From Emiliania huxleyi CCMP1516 (lineage: Eukaryota): a stretch of DNA of 64,000 bases. This document shows, piece by piece, positions 61,147 through 64,000 of this stretch. A program made the translations under genes and the position numbers. The stretch's first letter is position 1, and each line of letters starts with the position of its first letter. The notes beneath the pieces were generated by a model. That model saw nothing but the letters and a program-made list of their open reading frames with translations, was not told the DNA's origin and searched no databases. The stretch lies in the NCBI RefSeq assembly GCF_000372725.1, contig NW_005201392.1:863620-927619 (forward strand), given 5' to 3'.

Positions 61147-62115
61147 ATGATTCAGGCGGAGTCCGGCATTGGCCATGATGCGCTTCACGCGCCTGTCGAC
61201 GTGGAAGCTGCGTATCTGCGGATGCTTGCTGGCCTTCTAACGAGCTCTTCGCTCATGTGTGAAGCCGCAGTGACGCAGGCTAAATATCTCACGTGCATGA
61301 GGATGTACATTATGGGCGGCCCATGGCCCAAGCTCGGCACGACGATGGCCGGCCATAAACGTTTGCAAAACGTTGCCACGCTCCTCCTCAACGCGCGCAG
61401 TGCCGACGTCGCTGGAAGCTACGTCGAGTGCGGCGTGTGGCGCGGCGGAATGTCCATCTTTGCCAAGGCGGTGATCGAGGTTTATCAGATGCAGCGGCGC
61501 GTGTACCTGTGTGACTCGTTCCAGGGGCTGCCTCCACCTCGTTCAGGTAGCCTGCGACCGGATGAGACCATTTACGCGTCGAAGAGTCTCAACGCCACGC
61601 TCGCCAAGGGCGAGGACACTGTGACGCGCAATTTCTACCGGTTTGGAGTGTCTATGGAGGGGGTGCGAATGGTGCCGGGATACTTTGTTGACTCGTTGCC
61701 GGGGCTGCGTGCCGAGCTCAAGGGCCGCGGCGAGCGGCTTGCGCTGCTGAGGCTGGATGGCGATATGTACGACTCAACCATTGACATCCTTTACAACCTT
61801 TACGACCTGGTCGAGGTCGGAGGGTTCATCATCGTTGACGATTTCGGCTGGCACGAGGATCTCATGGAGTCGTGGGGCGCGAAGGACGCGGTGCTAGACT
61901 TCCGCGCCGTGCACGGGATCGAGGACGACGCGCACATCTTCCACAACATCGACGACGCTGGCGCATGGTTCCGCAAGGCACGCAACGTCGAGATCCGCCA
62001 CCATCAGTACAAACGAGGCGTCAAGGACGGCAACTACAGCGCACTGCGCCCAATGCCATTGCTCACGGCAAAGGACTATGCGCGCCTGAGGCACAAGTGG
62101 GATCGGGCAGGGTAG
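61147..62115 (+). CDS. TylF/MycF/NovP-family O-methyltransferase
   Basis: TMAGHKRL; YVECGVWRGG; DSFQGLP; GYFVDSLP; LRLDGDMYDST; GGFIIVDDF. 5' end uncertain. Confidence 0.9.
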   Translation: MIQAESGIGHDALHAPVDVEAAYLRMLAGLLTSSSLMCEAAVTQAKYLTCMRMYIMGGPWPKLGTTMAGHKRLQNVATLLLNARSADVAGSYVECGVWRGGMSIFAKAVIEVYQMQRRVYLCDSFQGLPPPRSGSLRPDETIYASKSLNATLAKGEDTVTRNFYRFGVSMEGVRMVPGYFVDSLPGLRAELKGRGERLALLRLDGDMYDSTIDILYNLYDLVEVGGFIIVDDFGWHEDLMESWGAKDAVLDFRAVHGIEDDAHIFHNIDDAGAWFRKARNVEIRHHQYKRGVKDGNYSALRPMPLLTAKDYARLRHKWDRAG

Positions 62116-62164
62116 AGTTGTGCGGCGGTGTGCACCCGCCCTCTTTCTCCGGTTCGATTTCAAG

Positions 62165-62224
<60 letters not shown>

Positions 62225-62639
62225 CGCGTGCTGTGTTTGTGTGGGTTTCTATTTGGCATTTCCATTTGGCTTGCGTTCAACATAGACAGCCCTTTTCCCC
62301 TTTCCCCACACCGCGTCGTACTCTACAGCAGCAATTGAGAGAGAGAATCGTAACAGCTCAGGCTTTCCAGTTCAAAACATCAGAGGGTTTTTTGTTCCAG
62401 CACCACCTTGAGCACAGCATGGTGACGGAGAGAGCGCGCACGCACAGGAGGACGTCCCGCTCGGGCACACTGATCACCACGAGGAACATGGGGGGAAAAT
62501 GCACATTGCGTTTTCGGGCACGCGTCGCACAGGAGCCACTGATCGGCCAGCGATGCAGTGCACACCCCGAAGGAAAAGGGATGAAAAATTTGAGACTCGT
62601 CCGAGCGCTCCGGCATGGCATCGTGCGCTAGAGCCAAGG

Positions 62640-63218
62640 TCAGCGAAGCAGCGACGCGCAGACCGCCTCTCCCGCCGCCGTTGCAACCTCGTGAGCAGAG
62701 ACCACTCTGCCATCAGACAATGTTGCGTGTGTTTTTGCGTTTTGGAGAAGAAAGACTTGCACGCACGCCGCGTGGCCCTGGTGAGCAGCGACGAGAAGCG
62801 GCGTGACTCCTTCATGCGTGCTCAGCTCGACCGATGATGGGCACGCAGCCACCAAGACTAGGACGCAGTCCACATGGCCATTTTGCGCTGCAAGATACAG
62901 CGGGGTGTATCCTCTCCCCACTTTGAGATCTGCCCTTGCACCGGACCGAATCAGTGCCTCGACACATCCCACATGCCCAAATCGTGCTGCGACAGCAAGC
63001 GGCGTCACCGGATGGTTGCAGCACTCGAGCATTGATGCTTGATCGGGGCGTGCTCCACGGTCCAATGCCGCAAGAATGCCACGCCTGTCTCCCATACTCG
63101 CCGCCTCAACGAGGATCCGCTGAGGGTCATCAACGACGATCGAGTTCAGCGCATCCACGAGCGAGCCCATGTGGGCAGTTTCGATGCGTCTTTGAGCTGC
63201 AGCTATGTGCAACTCCAT
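62640..63218 (-). CDS. Ankyrin-repeat protein
   Basis: TPLAVAARFGHVGCVEALI; GYTPLYLAAQNGHVDCV; GVTPLLVAAHQGHAACV. Confidence 0.85.
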   Translation of the reverse strand: MELHIAAAQRRIETAHMGSLVDALNSIVVDDPQRILVEAASMGDRRGILAALDRGARPDQASMLECCNHPVTPLAVAARFGHVGCVEALIRSGARADLKVGRGYTPLYLAAQNGHVDCVLVLVAACPSSVELSTHEGVTPLLVAAHQGHAACVQVFLLQNAKTHATLSDGRVVSAHEVATAAGEAVCASLLR

Positions 63219-63479
63219 GGCGGTCGGCAGTCGGCAAGTTTCGTCCTTGATGCCCAAGAACGTAAATCATCAGCGAGATCTCGTGGCTAGGGATCCTTTC
63301 CCGGGAGTGAACCAGCGCGAGTGACTAGCCGAGAGGAGAAGAAACGCGCCCACATTTAACGAGATACCCGAGGGAGAGACTGTTCTTCACCTTGAGCACT
63401 TGAGCACTGGATAGGGTCGATTCCGCATGGTACGGGACCCCTCGATCGTCTCCTACATACATACATAGAGAGTACGTAC

Positions 63480-63548
63480 ATTAAAATCCCTGTGTGGAGG
63501 CGGCGTGCCGTCCTCCCATCCCTCCCTTGGTTGTCTGTTTTCTTTCTG
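63480..63548 (+). mobile_element. 69-bp short insertion with a 13-bp flanking direct repeat; homologous copy at about 2242-2315
   Basis: agagagtacgtac at 63467-63479 and 63549-63561; ttaaaatccctgtgtg...ggcggcgtgccgtcctcccatccctcccttgg is shared with 2242. Confidence 0.7.
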
Positions 63549-63650
63549 AGAGAGTACGTACCCGAGGGTCTATCTATCTAGGTTGGGCGTTATTTGAGCG
63601 CGTATACTTGTGACAGGGTCTGTGTACGGTAGTCGTTACTGTGAGTGATT

Positions 63651-64000
63651 GGCGCTGTGGGCCGCCATCTACTACTCCTGCTCCGCCAAGTTCGACTTCA
63701 TCCTTCGGCACCTCCCTCCCGACAAGACGGTGTCCCACGCTCGCGTCGTCGACGCTGCGCTCACCCGTGCCGCTGAGGCGTGCGGCTACGAGGGCGTGCT
63801 CGGCGACGCCATCACCGCGCGGCGGGCTCGCCTGCCTGCGCGGATGCGCGGCCTCGGCCTGCGCTCGCTCGAGGAGGTGGCGCCGGCTGCGTTCTGCGCC
63901 TGCTTTGTCGAGGCGGCCGAGAGGTTCCTCGACAGGTCGACGCCCGGCGGCGGCAGAGAGCGCGGCTTCTTCCAGATGCTCGCTCCGCTCTTCGGCCACG
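63651..64000 (+). mobile_element. 5'-truncated CRE-like non-LTR retrotransposon ORF (post-RT thumb region), continuing past the window
   Basis: Frame reads WAAIYYSCSAKFDFILRHLPP...RARLPARMRGLGLRSLEEVAPAAF, matching the LPxxxGGLGLR...AxAAF pattern. Confidence 0.7.

Larger units (their letters stand above)
60577..63452. repeat. Inverted repeat pair (60577-60642 and 63391-63452) enclosing two intronless genes
   Basis: gagacgatcgag(a/g)ggtcccgtacca(c/t)gcggaatcgaccctatccagt..gctcaagtgctcaag and its reverse complement; 2 substitutions and a 4-nt indel. Confidence 0.9.

Overview
Very GC-rich eukaryotic genomic DNA with short introns, many GC-AG and many carrying 10-11 bp tandem repeats, plus microsatellites and one N gap (16242-16704). 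This signature strongly suggests a haptophyte alga such as Emiliania/Gephyrocapsa huxleyi (inference). About 19 protein genes or fragments are recognisable: GNAT acetyltransferase, plastid phosphate translocator, FOXRED2-like flavoprotein, purple acid phosphatase, LNR/kringle type I membrane protein, strawberry-notch helicase, membrane-anchored Pol-beta-fold nucleotidyltransferase, METTL24-like and TylF-like methyltransferases, GH5 exo-glucanase, glycolipid transfer protein, a KDG kinase-KDPG aldolase fusion, an atypical CDK, an NRT2 nitrate transporter, an ankyrin protein, and a very large Tudor-SF2 helicase-HhH-GPD glycosylase fusion. Mobile DNA includes a hAT-like MITE and several truncated non-LTR retroelement fragments. 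Best leads: (1) the Tudor/SNF2-like helicase/AlkA-type glycosylase fusion; (2) a recurring intron architecture in which the intron starts with a direct or inverted copy of the next exon's start, usually followed by a 10-11 bp repeat, suggesting ongoing intron birth; (3) a 64-bp intron+micro-exon array in the SBNO gene; (4) the bifunctional Entner-Doudoroff enzyme. All exon structures were inferred by eye, with no transcript data or database searches.
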